NCBI GenBank assembly: GCA_965238005.1
Contig: OZ250165.1
Location: 576,001-640,000 of the forward strand
Length of the DNA: 64,000 nucleotides
Source of the DNA: Longimicrobiales bacterium
Lineage (GTDB): Bacteria > Gemmatimonadota > Gemmatimonadetes > Longimicrobiales > Gaopeijiaceae
Direction of reading: 5' to 3'
Of the stretch, positions 9,778-20,060 are shown in pieces. The notes below the pieces were generated by a model. The model had not been told where the DNA came from and ran no database searches. It was given only the letters and a program-made list of their open reading frames with translations. The first letter of the stretch is position 1; every line of letters begins with the position of its first letter. The position numbers were made by a program, and so were the translations under genes.

Positions 9778-11284
9778 CTACATGCGCCTGTAGGCCGGAC
9801 CACTCCCCCCCCTCACGAGCGGTCCATCGGGGACCAAGCACGTCGGTGGCCTTGCAGTCGACGCAGTTGGGGGCGTTGACCCGAAGCTCGTCGCCGTCCC
9901 GCTCGTAGACGCCCGCAGGGCACATGTGCACGTACATCTCGGCTGCTTCTGGGCTCACCTCGCGACCGACGATCAGATGGCTCGGGATGTCGTCGCGGGT
10001 CTGGTTCCCCGCCTTGTAGACCGCGTCGACCTTGCTGAAGGTGAGCTTCCCGTCCGGCTGTACTCCCGGACCCCCGTTGCCGAGGACGCGAGCCTCGCCG
10101 ACGTTTTCGGAGACCGTGATCTTGCCACCCAGGAGCGCACCGCCGGAGACGGTCATGAGGCCGGCTCGCACCGAGCCACCGAAGAAGCCCTTCTTGAAGG
10201 CGAGGCGGATGTTCCGTGTCCTCCGGAGATCCTTCATGATGTAGCTGGCGTCGATGGAGTCGGTGTAGGAGTGCAGCCCGTTCTCCGACACGTCCCCCTC
10301 TCTGAGCGCCTTGAAGATGGCCCGGGCGGCGAGCATGCCCGAGTCCATGGCGTAGTGGATCCCCTTCAGTGACGGGACATCGACGTACCCTGCGGAGTCG
10401 CCGACGATACAGACGCCCGCACCGTGTCGCTGGGACGGCACCGCATAGCATCCGCCTTCGGGAATGGTCTTCGCCCCCCACTCCACCATCTCCCCACCCT
10501 CCAGGTAGGGCTTGAAGAGCGGGTGCAGCTTCATACGCTGAAAGACCTCGTGGACATCGAAGCGCGCATCCCGGTAGTCGAGACCGACCACTAACCCCAG
10601 CGAGACCATCAGGGGCCCCCTTGTGCCCTCCGCGAGAACGGTGACCCGCGCGGTCAGGTCCATGGGAGGCATGTAATCGCTACCCCCGGGCTGTCCGTCC
10701 CGATCTAGTCCCGAGGCCGTCGTGCGCACACCGATGACCTGGTCGCCCTCCACGAGCAGTCCGCCCACGGCGAAGCCGGCAAAGACGTTCACCCCCAACC
10801 CTTCGGCCTTCTCGCCGAGCCAGCGGACGATCTCACAGATCGACGCCACCTGGTTCCCGTAGTTCTTCATCGTGGGGGGTGTGGGTATCCGCACGGACCT
10901 GCTCTCCGTGAGGAAATAGACCGACTCCTTGGTGACCGGTCCCCTCAGGGGGAGCTCGCTCATGTCGAGCTCGGGAAAGAGCTCCCGAAAGGCACGCGGG
11001 TTCACCACCGCTCCCGAAAGGGAATGCTCTCCCAGCCGGCCGGCCTTCTCCAGCACTCCGATCTCGACATCGCCGATCCCCCCGCCTTCGTTCTTGTCCC
11101 TCTCCACGAGACGGGCCAGCTCGATGGCCCCGGCGAGCCCCGCGGGCCCCCCATCGACGAATATGACGTCCATGGGGACAGCCTCGGAGTCGGGCGCTTC
11201 CCGTAGGATCAGCTGATCCACGGGTAGAGGAGGTTGGTACTTCGCCGGCCGCACCGGCCCCGTGAGCTGGCTCCGATCGGACAT
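9778..11284 (-). pseudogene. Electron transfer flavoprotein-quinone oxidoreductase (ETF-QO/FixCX), degenerate
   Basis: SLSGAV, WGAKTIPEGG, GDSAG, KGIHYAM, CPAGVYE and NCVDCK motifs. Lesions: FAD motif reads VDGGPAG, an apparent internal deletion at AEGTRGPL/MVSLG (~10610), and one extra base in the C8 run at 9805-9812 that bypasses the natural stop at 9778-9780. Confidence 0.75.
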
Positions 11285-11430
11285 GCTGGCTCCTTCCATC
11301 GGTCTGACCGCCCGGGTTCGGACGGCCATCGTCATCTCGGGATCCGTTGAATCGACCCCGGTGTATCCAACCGCTCACGTCGGAGCACCAACCCGCCATC
11401 GCAGTGGCACCGGCAGTACGATTCAGGCGT

Positions 11431-11596
11431 TAGTGTTCCGTTGCCGAAGTTCGCGAGTCACCAAGAGGGTCGGGGCGCCGTGGGATCAAGGCGGGACGAC
11501 GCGGCGTAGCACAAGCTACGGTAAGGAGTCCCAACGCCGAGCCCACGGATGCACTGTGCCCTCGACTGGCCGAGACACTTCGGCAACGGGACACTA
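11431..11596. mobile_element. MITE family A, full-length 166 bp copy with 20 bp terminal inverted repeats
   Basis: Left TAGTGTTCCGTTGCCGAAGT vs reverse complement of the right end TAGTGTCCCGTTGCCGAAGT (19/20); TA termini; five further partial copies in the window. Confidence 0.85.
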
Positions 11597-11676
11597 TGTT
11601 AGCGATTCCGACTCGACGCCGCATCGGACGTACGGGTCCTCCGTCTCACAACGCCACCCACGGACGAGAACCTGGC

Positions 11677-13146
11677 ATGACATCGAGCCGACCCCGCACC
11701 GTCGGAGAGCTGAAAGCGGCGGGCTACGAGCCCCGGAGCGTGAAGGACGAGCTACGACGCAACCTGATCGCGAAGCTCAAGGCCAGAGAGCCGCTCTTCC
11801 CGGGCATCGTCGGCTTCGACGACAGTGTGATCCCCCAGATCGTGAACGCGATCCTGGCCCGGCACGACTTCATCCTCCTCGGTCTCCGTGGCCAGGCGAA
11901 GAGCCGCATCCTCAGGCAGCTCGTTGACCTCCTGGATCCCGACATGCCGATCCTGGAGGGCAGCGAGATCAACGACGATCCGCTCCGGCCCATCTCCAAG
12001 CACGCGCGCATCCTGCTCGAGACCGAGGGGGACGGCGCTCCGGTGGCGTGGGTCACCCGTGACTACCGTTTCGTGGAGAAGCTCGCCACCCCCGACGTGA
12101 CTATCGCAGACATCGTAGGAGACGTGGATCCCATCAAGGCCGCGCGCGGCGGTCACATCCTGGCCGACGAGCTGACCATCCACTATGGGCTCCTCCCCAG
12201 AGCCAATCGGGGAATCTTCGCGCTCAACGAGCTACCGGATCTGGCAGGAAAGATCCAGGTGGGGCTCTTCAACATCCTCCAGGAGGGTGACGTGCAGGTG
12301 AAGGGCTATCCCGTTCGCCTGCCCCTGGACGTCTTCCTGGTGTTCACCGCCAACCCGGAGGACTACACGGCCCGGGGAAAGATCATCACGCCCCTGAAGG
12401 ACCGCATCGGTGCCGAGATCCAGACCCACTATCCCCTCGAAGTGTCGGTGGGCATGGACATCACGAATCAGGAAGCCTGGCTGGATCGGAGCTGCGTCGA
12501 GATCGAGGTTCCAGACTTCGTCGCCGAGGTCGTGGAGCGGATCGCCTTCCTCGGGCGGAAGGACAAGCGCATCGACCAGCGCTCCGGCGTGAGCCAGCGC
12601 ATGCCCATCGCCGTGCTGGAGAGCGTTGTCTCCTCAGCCGAGCAGAGGGCGCTCACGCTGAAGGAGGAGAGGGCCGTGCCACGTCTCGGCGACATCTACG
12701 GATCCCTCCCGGCTATCACCGGAAAGCTGGAGCTCGAGTACGAGGGTGAGCTGCACGGCTCGGACCGCATCGCCCGAGAGCTCATCAGCGCGGCGGCCAA
12801 CGAGGTCTTCCAGGCCAGGGCCGGCGGGGCGGACGTCGAGGAGATCGTCGAGTACTTCGAGATGGGAGGCGCGCTACAAGTGGGCGCCGACAGCTCGGCG
12901 GAGGCATGTGTTGAGGGATTCGAGCTGGTGCCCAGCCTCCTCCAGCTCGTGGAGCACGTCGGACTGGCGCCGAAGTCCTGCTCCGACGGATGCCGGGCCG
13001 GGGCCTGTGAGCTCGTCCTCGAGGCTCTGGTGGCAGAGAGGCGGATCAGCCGCTCCATGAGCGGCGGCTACGTGCGGGCTCGCCACGAACCTTCTCCCGG
13101 AAAGGGCTATAAGGGCTTCGATCCCTTTGGGGGCATCAGCGCGTAG
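11677..13146 (+). CDS. Mg-chelatase ChlI-like / MoxR-type AAA+ ATPase
   Basis: Walker A variant GLRGQAKS, LLPRANRGIF, NELPDL, TANPEDYTARG. ATG at 11677; the upstream extension in the ORF track begins at the MITE end. Confidence 0.85.
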   Translation: MTSSRPRTVGELKAAGYEPRSVKDELRRNLIAKLKAREPLFPGIVGFDDSVIPQIVNAILARHDFILLGLRGQAKSRILRQLVDLLDPDMPILEGSEINDDPLRPISKHARILLETEGDGAPVAWVTRDYRFVEKLATPDVTIADIVGDVDPIKAARGGHILADELTIHYGLLPRANRGIFALNELPDLAGKIQVGLFNILQEGDVQVKGYPVRLPLDVFLVFTANPEDYTARGKIITPLKDRIGAEIQTHYPLEVSVGMDITNQEAWLDRSCVEIEVPDFVAEVVERIAFLGRKDKRIDQRSGVSQRMPIAVLESVVSSAEQRALTLKEERAVPRLGDIYGSLPAITGKLELEYEGELHGSDRIARELISAAANEVFQARAGGADVEEIVEYFEMGGALQVGADSSAEACVEGFELVPSLLQLVEHVGLAPKSCSDGCRAGACELVLEALVAERRISRSMSGGYVRARHEPSPGKGYKGFDPFGGISA

Positions 13147-14278
13147 CGCTGGACTCCGCGCACAGCCCGGCCAACTCCCCAAGGGCCAGCCCGAGGACTT
13201 TCCTCTGCGCCACCGATATCGGCAGCGTCGCTAAATGATGGGGCTTGGCCCAGCGCCACGGGCGATCGGCGGCCACGGTCTCACCACCCGGACTCTCATG
13301 GACGTCACCCGCCGGGCCTCCGGATGTGTCGCACACTAGCACGGGTCGGTACACGGCTTTCAGATGGCTGAAGACATGTCTCACGTGTTGGAGAGGCCTC
13401 CACTGCGGCCCCGGCGGCGGCAGCTCGACACTCCAGGTGTCCGCCACCGTTCGGCAGGCCTCCTCCAGGTCGTCGGGGATCTCGAGCTCCACCGATGGGA
13501 ATTCCCAGAGCCCACCCAGGAGTCCGTCCGACGGCCGCCTCGTCAGAAGAAGCTCCGCTGCACCGCTCGCGGCCACCAGCACCGCGAACGACGCTTCTCG
13601 AACGCGGGGCCGCTGCTTCGCCAGGGGTCTCACCTCCTGCGTCCCCAATGCCCGGGCCCGGCAGTGCTCCGCGATGGGGCACTCCTGACACAGTGGCGAC
13701 CTGGGAAGACAGATAGTGGCGCCCAGCTCCATTATCGCCTGATTCCAGTTGCCCGGTCGGCGCCCGTCGAGGATCTCCTCAGCCCTCTCTCGAAGCTCGG
13801 CGGGCGAGGGCTTGGCCAGATCGAAGAGGCGGGAGATCACACGCCGGGCGTTGCCGTCCACCGCCGGCCTCGCCTCGCCGTAGGCGATGCTGGCGATGGC
13901 GCCGGCGCTGTACTCACCGATGCCCGGAAGCTCCCGCAAGCCACAGGCGTTGTCCGGAAGCACACCGTTCAGGTGCTCCCTCACGATGAGCGCAGAGCGA
14001 TGAAGGTTACGAGCTCGGGAGTAGTATCCCAGGCCTTCCCAGGCCTTCAGCACAGCCTCCTCATCCGCGTCCGCCAGCTTCGTCACGGACGGGAAGAGGT
14101 CCATCCAGCGCAGGTAGTACGGAGCGGCGGTCTCCACGCGCGTCTGCTGCAGCATGATCTCCGAGACCCACACCCGATACGGATCCCGGCTCTTCCTCCA
14201 CGGCAGCTCCCGCCGATGAGCGTCGAAGTGCTCCAGCAGCTGACGGCGCATGGATGCGAGGTCGGGCATCGTGCTCAT
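13136..14278 (-). CDS. mutY: A/G-specific adenine glycosylase MutY
   Basis: VSEIMLQQT, WEGLGYYSRA, LPGIGEYSA, VDGN, FeS motif C-x6-C-x2-C-x5-C, C-terminal NUDIX-like GLWEFP. Confidence 0.95.
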   Translation of the reverse strand: MSTMPDLASMRRQLLEHFDAHRRELPWRKSRDPYRVWVSEIMLQQTRVETAAPYYLRWMDLFPSVTKLADADEEAVLKAWEGLGYYSRARNLHRSALIVREHLNGVLPDNACGLRELPGIGEYSAGAIASIAYGEARPAVDGNARRVISRLFDLAKPSPAELRERAEEILDGRRPGNWNQAIMELGATICLPRSPLCQECPIAEHCRARALGTQEVRPLAKQRPRVREASFAVLVAASGAAELLLTRRPSDGLLGGLWEFPSVELEIPDDLEEACRTVADTWSVELPPPGPQWRPLQHVRHVFSHLKAVYRPVLVCDTSGGPAGDVHESPGGETVAADRPWRWAKPHHLATLPISVAQRKVLGLALGELAGLCAESSATR

Positions 14279-14424
14279 GGCGGGTAACGTAAGCAGGCTC
14301 CCATGAGCCAGCCACGGTGGTGAGCCGAACCCCGCGGCGTATTGGGCAGGTCGTGGCCGGCCCAGTGAGGCCCATTGGCCACCCGATCATCCCTACACTA
14401 CTCTTCATGGAGGGTAGGAGGTCT

Positions 14425-14640
14425 CTGGAAGGCTGTTGAAGAGGTACAGTGGGTCGCGCACAGGGTGCTTGCGCGCGTTCAGACAAGGAACGACGACGAG
14501 TCGTAGCCGAGCTACGGCGAGGAGGAGAGACGTAGGATCAACCGCGCAACCACCCTGTGCCCAACAGAATAGTTGATATGAAACACGTGTTCGTGGGTTG
14601 CGGTGGCACGGCCCGCTGTACCTCTTCAACAGCCTTCTAG
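14425..14640. mobile_element. MITE family B, full-length ~216 bp copy with ~29 bp terminal inverted repeats
   Basis: Left CTGGAAGGCTGTTGAAGAGGTACAGTGGG vs reverse complement of the right end CTAGAAGGCTGTTGAAGAGGTACAGCGGG (27/29); solo ends at 53876 and 60619. Confidence 0.82.
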
Positions 14641-14652
14641 CCGTCGGTGACT

Positions 14653-15945
14653 ATGCGTTTCACGACCTACACCAAGTATCGGGGCCGCTGGCTCGACGCC
14701 CTGAACCTCGAGAACCTCATGGAGTTCCTGTCGGACTTCTTGATGAGCGGGGGGTTCGCGGGTGGACCCAACTACCATCCCTATTGGGGATGGTCCGGGC
14801 TCGAGGACACCGATTCCATGGAGTCGCTCAAGAACGCGCTTCTGAAGGCGCTCATGGAGAGTGGCCAGCTCACGCCCGAGATGATCAACGAGCTCCGGGG
14901 TGATGGCGCGGGCGACGAGGCCGTTCAGCAGCAGATCGCGGATCTTCTCGACGACCTCATCCAGCGCATGGTGGACGAGGGATACATTACGCTGGAGAAC
15001 GGGGCCCCGACCATGCCGGGAACGGTGCAGGACGTCACCGGAATGGGGGAGGTCGACGAGGCGCGGGAGGCGGCCCAGCACGTGCAGTTCAACCTCACGC
15101 AAAAGGGGATGGACTTCCTGGGATACCGAGCGCTAAGGAATCTCCTCTCGGCGCTGGGTCAGTCCAGTCTCGGTTCTCACGAGACGCCTCACCTCGCCAC
15201 GGGCGTGGAGGCGGACGCTGCGAGCAAGCCCTACGAGTTCGGCGACACCCTCAACCTCGACGTGCCGGCCACACTGAAGAACGCCATCGAGCGGGAGGGA
15301 ATCAGGGTGCCGCTCGAGCTGGATTACAAGGACCTCATGGTGCACCAGGCCGAGTATCGGTCGTCGTGCGCCACGGTGCTCATGCTGGATATTTCCCACT
15401 CAATGATCCTCTACGGCGAGGATCGCTTCACGCCGGCCAAGCGGGTGGCGCTGGCCCTCTCACACCTCATTCGTACGCAGTTCCCGGGTGACTCCTTGAG
15501 CGTGGTCACCTTCGGAGACGTGGCTGAGGAGATTCCCCTGAGCCAGCTGGCCAAGGCCCAGGTGGGCCCATTCCACACCAATACGGCAGGAGGGCTGCTG
15601 CTGGCTCGGAACATCTTGAAGGCGCAGAAGAAGGACATGCGCCAGATCATCATGATCACCGACGGGAAGCCCAGCGCCATCACAATGCCCGACGGGCAAA
15701 TCTACAAGAACTCCGGCGGAATGGACCAGAATATCCTGCGGGAGACGTTCCGCGAGGTCTCGGCGTGCCGCCGGGCCGGGATCCTGATCAACACGTTCAT
15801 GCTGGCCCAGGACCCGTACCTCGTGCAGTTCATCCAGAAGGTGTCCGAGATCGCCCGGGGGAAGGCATACTTCACTTCGACCCAGACCCTCGGGCAGTAC
15901 ATCATGATGGACTTCATGCGGCGGAAGCGGCGGAATATCGCCTAG
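14653..15945 (+). CDS. VWA-domain protein, likely partner of the AAA ATPase at 11677
   Basis: MIDAS motif DISHS, TNT and ITDGKPS; PYEFGDTLNLD motif. Confidence 0.88.
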   Translation: MRFTTYTKYRGRWLDALNLENLMEFLSDFLMSGGFAGGPNYHPYWGWSGLEDTDSMESLKNALLKALMESGQLTPEMINELRGDGAGDEAVQQQIADLLDDLIQRMVDEGYITLENGAPTMPGTVQDVTGMGEVDEAREAAQHVQFNLTQKGMDFLGYRALRNLLSALGQSSLGSHETPHLATGVEADAASKPYEFGDTLNLDVPATLKNAIEREGIRVPLELDYKDLMVHQAEYRSSCATVLMLDISHSMILYGEDRFTPAKRVALALSHLIRTQFPGDSLSVVTFGDVAEEIPLSQLAKAQVGPFHTNTAGGLLLARNILKAQKKDMRQIIMITDGKPSAITMPDGQIYKNSGGMDQNILRETFREVSACRRAGILINTFMLAQDPYLVQFIQKVSEIARGKAYFTSTQTLGQYIMMDFMRRKRRNIA

Positions 15946-16016
15946 TGTTCCGTTGCCGAAGTTCGCGAGCCACCAAGAGGGTCGGAGCGCCGTGGGATCA
16001 AGGCGGGACGACGCGG
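15943..16016 (+). repeat. MITE family A, left half; supplies the VWA gene stop codon
   Basis: Near-identical to 11431..11504. Confidence 0.88.
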
Positions 16017-16032
16017 GTCTAGGAGCTGGCCC

Positions 16033-16911
16033 GTGTCCAAGTTGGTCGGACTCCCTTACCACCAGGTCGACGCCTTCACGGACACGCCCTATCAAGGAAA
16101 CCCCGCCGCCGTCTGCCTCGTCGAACGGCCTTTGAGCCCTCACGCCATGCAGGCGGTGGCCTCGGAGATGAACCTCTCCGAGACCGCCTTCGTCGAGGCT
16201 CCCGATGACTCCGGCGTACGTCGACTCCGCTGGTTCACTCCGACGACGGAGGTTCCCCTCTGCGGCCACGCCACCCTTGCCAGCGGACACGTCCTCCAGT
16301 CGTTGGGCCACACCCCTCCCTACCGCTTCAGCTCCGCAAGTGGTCCTGTGATCGTCCACGTCGACCCGGACAGGGCCCTACGCCTCGACTTTCCGTCGGA
16401 CGAGTGCACGGTGGTCGAGCCCCGCGACGACGTGCTGGCGGCGCTTGGACTCACGGAGGCGGTGACGTGTCTGTCGGGCTCCCTCAACTACATCGTCCGG
16501 GTCGCGAGCCGGGACGTCGTCGTCGGGCTAGCACCGAACTTCTCGGCGCTGGGCGGAATCGACCTGGGTGAGGATGTGATCGTGTTGTCCGTCACGGCCC
16601 CGGGCGAGGCGGCCGGTGGCGCCGGAGAAGCAGGTGCTAGAGCGGCTGCGGTCACCGACGAGGTAGATGTGGCATCACGCGTCTTCGCACCGTGGGCCGG
16701 TGTCGATGAGGATCCCGTGACCGGGGTAGCCCACACGGCGCTGGGACCCTACTGGTCCGCAGTGCTCGGAAGAGCCGAGTTCACGGCCCGACAGGGCGGC
16801 CGCCGCCGTGGACGGCTGCGAGTGCGGGTTGCGGGTGAGCGGGTCCATCTCATCGGACACGCCGTGACGGTGGCGGAGGGCACCCTGGTGCTGCCGCCCG
16901 GAGAGGCCTGA
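16033..16911 (+). CDS. PhzF-family isomerase/epimerase
   Basis: QVDAFT..GNPAAV, EMNLSETAF, EVPLCGHATLA, EDPVTG. Confidence 0.92.
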   Translation: MSKLVGLPYHQVDAFTDTPYQGNPAAVCLVERPLSPHAMQAVASEMNLSETAFVEAPDDSGVRRLRWFTPTTEVPLCGHATLASGHVLQSLGHTPPYRFSSASGPVIVHVDPDRALRLDFPSDECTVVEPRDDVLAALGLTEAVTCLSGSLNYIVRVASRDVVVGLAPNFSALGGIDLGEDVIVLSVTAPGEAAGGAGEAGARAAAVTDEVDVASRVFAPWAGVDEDPVTGVAHTALGPYWSAVLGRAEFTARQGGRRRGRLRVRVAGERVHLIGHAVTVAEGTLVLPPGEA

Positions 16912-16936
16912 CCGGCGGCCGGCCGAGCCGAGCCGG

Positions 16937-17682
16937 TCAGAACGTGCCGACCAGTCCGAAAAAGAGCTGACCGTCGTTGTTGGATCGGGCACCGCGGTCG
17001 ACGGCCTCGGTATCGAACGCGTCCACAAAGGAGAGCTGCACGGCGATCCGTTCGTTGAGCTGGAGCGCGAAGCTGTTGCGGGACGTCAGCGTATAGACGG
17101 AGAGGTCCGACGCCTCGGGCTCATACGCGGTGTCGCTCTCGAATCGTAGGCGACCCCCGCCGGCACCCCTGACGAGCTTGAACCGGGCAGACCACTTCGC
17201 CACCACGCCCTCCTCTTCGCCGGCACCTTCACGCGGAATCGTCTTCTCGGCGATCACGGCGAGGCTCAGCTCGGCCTGCGTGTCATCGCCGGATCCGAAC
17301 TGGTACCGCACACCGGCACCGGCGTTGTAACGGAGGTCGATCTTCTTCTCGAAGATCGATTCGATCTTCCCCCGCACGAAGCCGTTCAGGGCGCTGCCCC
17401 GATCGAAGTTCACGTCCAGAGCCGCGTCCCACGCCCGCTTGTTCACGAAGTTGTCACCCTCCGCGGTGCTGGCCTCCCCATACGTGAAGTTGGTCCGGCC
17501 GGCCAGACCGAGACTGCCCCGCTCCAGAGTCCCCGAGAGGGAGGTGGTGAACAGCGCACCTGATGGTTGCCGAAGAAGACATTCGCCCCCAGCTCGGTCT
17601 TGGCCGACCAGCTCTTCTCCTGCCCATGAGCGGGAACGGCGATCAGGATGAGGCCCGTGAGACCGAGGATCACACCTCTCAT
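16937..17682 (-). pseudogene. DUF481-like outer-membrane beta-barrel protein, frameshifted near 17560
   Basis: Signal peptide MRGVILGLTGLILIAVPAHG plus ELGANVFFGN in one frame; the barrel body continues in another frame and ends in a terminal Phe. Confidence 0.65.
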
Positions 17683-17940
17683 GTGCGACTCTCCGTAACG
17701 AAACGTGTCCGCCCATCTCGGACTTGCACCCGTGATCAGCCGCGCACCCGCACCAGGTGTTCTGGAACGGCCACGGACTACCCCGCCACAGTATGGGTGT
17801 TCGCATCCCGAGGCCCGCACGGAGATGAGTGATGCTCACCCGTTGCTCACCCCTTGCCCGCCCCGCTCGCTCCGAACACGTTAACCCCCCTTATCACCCC
17901 GACGAGCAGATCCCTCATCTCATCTTTCGCTGAAGCGGAA

Positions 17941-18186
17941 TTGGGCAACATTTCCGAGCTTTCTCTCGCGGGTCTCACGATCCGGATCGAGCGGGACCTG
18001 TGCGTGGGGTTCGGCGACTGCATCGATGTCGCCCCGGACGTATTCGAGCTCGACGACGAAGGCATCGCCGTGTTCAAGACGGGCGATCCCGCCGTGGACC
18101 GGGAGGTGCTGCTCGACGCCTGCTCGTCCTGCCCGGTCGACGCTCTGACGGCCTTGGACGAGGAGGGAGCGCAGCTCGTCCCGTAG
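17941..18186 (+). CDS. Monocluster ferredoxin ([3Fe-4S]-type motif)
   Basis: IERDLCVGFGDC...APDVFELD...CPVDAL; probable TTG start at 17941. Confidence 0.88.
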   Translation: MGNISELSLAGLTIRIERDLCVGFGDCIDVAPDVFELDDEGIAVFKTGDPAVDREVLLDACSSCPVDALTALDEEGAQLVP

Positions 18187-18208
18187 CCGGTGACTGTTGC
18201 CAATCGAG

Positions 18209-19108
18209 ATGCGGAAGATCCGGACGTACCAGGAGGTCACCCACGAGACGGGATCGCAGCTCCTCGAGCAGGTACTCGAGCAGAACCAGCGACTGGCGGA
18301 CCGCCTCTCCCGGGTAGGGTCGGTGGTCGCCGTCGCCAGCGGCAAGGGTGGGGTGGGAAAGAGCGCCGTCACCGCGAACCTGGCCGCCGCCCTGGCCCAA
18401 CGGGGACTGGAGGTCGGGGCGGCGGACGCGGACCTCAACGGCCCCTCCCTGGGCCGGATGCTGGGGGTTTCCGGTGCCCGCTTCGTCGATCGATCAGATG
18501 GTGTGGAGCCGGCCCTGAGCCCCACCGGCGTCCGGGTCATGTCGATGGAGCTGCTCCAGCAGGACGAGGATGCACCGCTTCGCTGGCGCGAGCCGTCCAC
18601 CGGTCGGTTCATATGGCAGAGCGCCATGGAGACCGGCGCTCTCAGGGAGTTTCTGGGCGACGTGGCCTGGGGTGACCTGGACGTTCTGCTGGTGGACGTA
18701 CCGCCCGGAACGGACAAGATTGCGCGGCTCCTCGAGCTGGTCCCGGGCCTCCACCAGATGCTCCTCGTGACGACGCCGTCGGAGGCGGCCCGCTTCGTCG
18801 TGTCGAAGTCGGTGCGGATGGCGCGCGAGGCGGAAGTCTCGACGGTGGCCCTCGTGGCGAATATGACGGAGCACGCCTGCTCGTCGTGCGGTCACACGTC
18901 TCAGCTGTTCGGCGGGGACGGGGCACGACGCCTCGCCGAGGAGTCAGGCGTGCCGCTCTGGGCCGACATTCCGTTCGACGCACGCCTTGGGGCCTCCACC
19001 GACCTGGGTTCGCCTCTGGTGCTGGAAGATCCGGAGGCGGCCTCCAGCCGCGCCCTCCTCGCCCTAGCGGACAGGGTCGCCGCCAAGATGGAGGAGAGCG
19101 CCCGATGA
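18209..19108 (+). CDS. Mrp/ApbC (NBP35-like) Fe-S carrier P-loop ATPase
   Basis: SGKGGVGKS deviant Walker A, DADLNGPS, DVPPGT, C-terminal CSSC, IPFD. Confidence 0.9.
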   Translation: MRKIRTYQEVTHETGSQLLEQVLEQNQRLADRLSRVGSVVAVASGKGGVGKSAVTANLAAALAQRGLEVGAADADLNGPSLGRMLGVSGARFVDRSDGVEPALSPTGVRVMSMELLQQDEDAPLRWREPSTGRFIWQSAMETGALREFLGDVAWGDLDVLLVDVPPGTDKIARLLELVPGLHQMLLVTTPSEAARFVVSKSVRMAREAEVSTVALVANMTEHACSSCGHTSQLFGGDGARRLAEESGVPLWADIPFDARLGASTDLGSPLVLEDPEAASSRALLALADRVAAKMEESAR

Positions 19109-19575
19109 AGTTCCTTTGCATCGAGTGTGACAACGTCATGGACTTCGCCGAGCGGCAGCTTCCTGGTGACGGCACCCTGGCCGCAGTGTTCTCCTGCGGC
19201 TCGTGCGGGAGGGAGGTGGCCATGCTCACGAACCCCATGGAGACCCAGCTCGTGTCCAGCCTGGGGATAAAGATCGGTGGGCGAGAGGTGCCCGCTCAAC
19301 CCCTCGAGATGGTTCGCAGCTCTCTGGAGGGGGGGAGAGAGGAGGCCTTCGCTATATCGGAGGACATCCCCAGACAACCGGCCGGGCAAGCCTCCCAGGC
19401 CGGTTCGGTCCTCTGGAGTCCCGAGGCGACCGAGCGGATGCAGAAGGTCCCCAGCTTCGTGCGGGGGATGGTGAAGCGGATCTACGTCGACTGGGCCAAG
19501 GAGCACGCGGTAGCCGAGATAACGCCCGAGGTCATGGACCGGGCTCGGACGGAGTTGGGCCTGGAGGGCATGTAG
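19105..19575 (+). CDS. Small protein with N-terminal CxxC...CxxC motifs and a C-terminal PCP_red-like domain
   Basis: MKFLCIECD...CGSCG; C-terminal WSPEATERMQKVPSFVRGMVKR...ITPEVMDRAR; ATGA overlap with the Mrp stop. Confidence 0.8.
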   Translation: MKFLCIECDNVMDFAERQLPGDGTLAAVFSCGSCGREVAMLTNPMETQLVSSLGIKIGGREVPAQPLEMVRSSLEGGREEAFAISEDIPRQPAGQASQAGSVLWSPEATERMQKVPSFVRGMVKRIYVDWAKEHAVAEITPEVMDRARTELGLEGM

Positions 19576-19751
19576 GCTGGGGGCCTCGGCGGGATCGGTC
19601 GACACCGGGCCTCCTCTTGCCGGCGTTGGTTCTCTTCGGCGGACTGCTCGTCACGGGGGGTCTGGGACGATATTGGACCGTGCGTGCAGGGGCCTGATGC
19701 CGTGATTAACATGGGGATTTCCCACACGGTATCAGTGCCCCCTCGCATTTA

Positions 19752-19781
19752 TTGACAGGTCTCAGAAAGGCCGGGTATACT
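19752..19781 (+). promoter_or_regulatory. Near-consensus sigma-70 promoter upstream of the USP/radical SAM/bd-like/cox operon
   Basis: TTGACA (19752-19757), 18 bp spacer, TATACT (19776-19781), in an intergenic region. Confidence 0.7.
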
Positions 19782-20060
19782 GGCCCCCGGTAGGATCCCT
19801 GACATCCTCGAGACTGAGAAGCACGTCACCATACATCGGGTCGCGGGGGGTCTGCCGGCCCCTTTATGACCCTGGTTGCAACGCGAATCGTTGCCCGAGC
19901 GCCAGACATCTAGCTGGATCAGTACAGCCTAGATCGATGATCGATCTTCCCATTCCGAAGCTGAGGAGTGGGGACGCTCCGGTAAGTCTCCGGAGGATGG
20001 AGAGCTTTGTGCTGCTGGCGGGAGGATGCGCTCGGCTAGAGGGCTATGCCCGAGGTATTT

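Noticed and set aside
19576..19697. Hydrophobic mini-ORF (LLLPALVLFGGLLVTGGLGRYW) after the PCP_red gene
   Set aside because: No convincing start or SD; it may be a remnant but cannot be supported.
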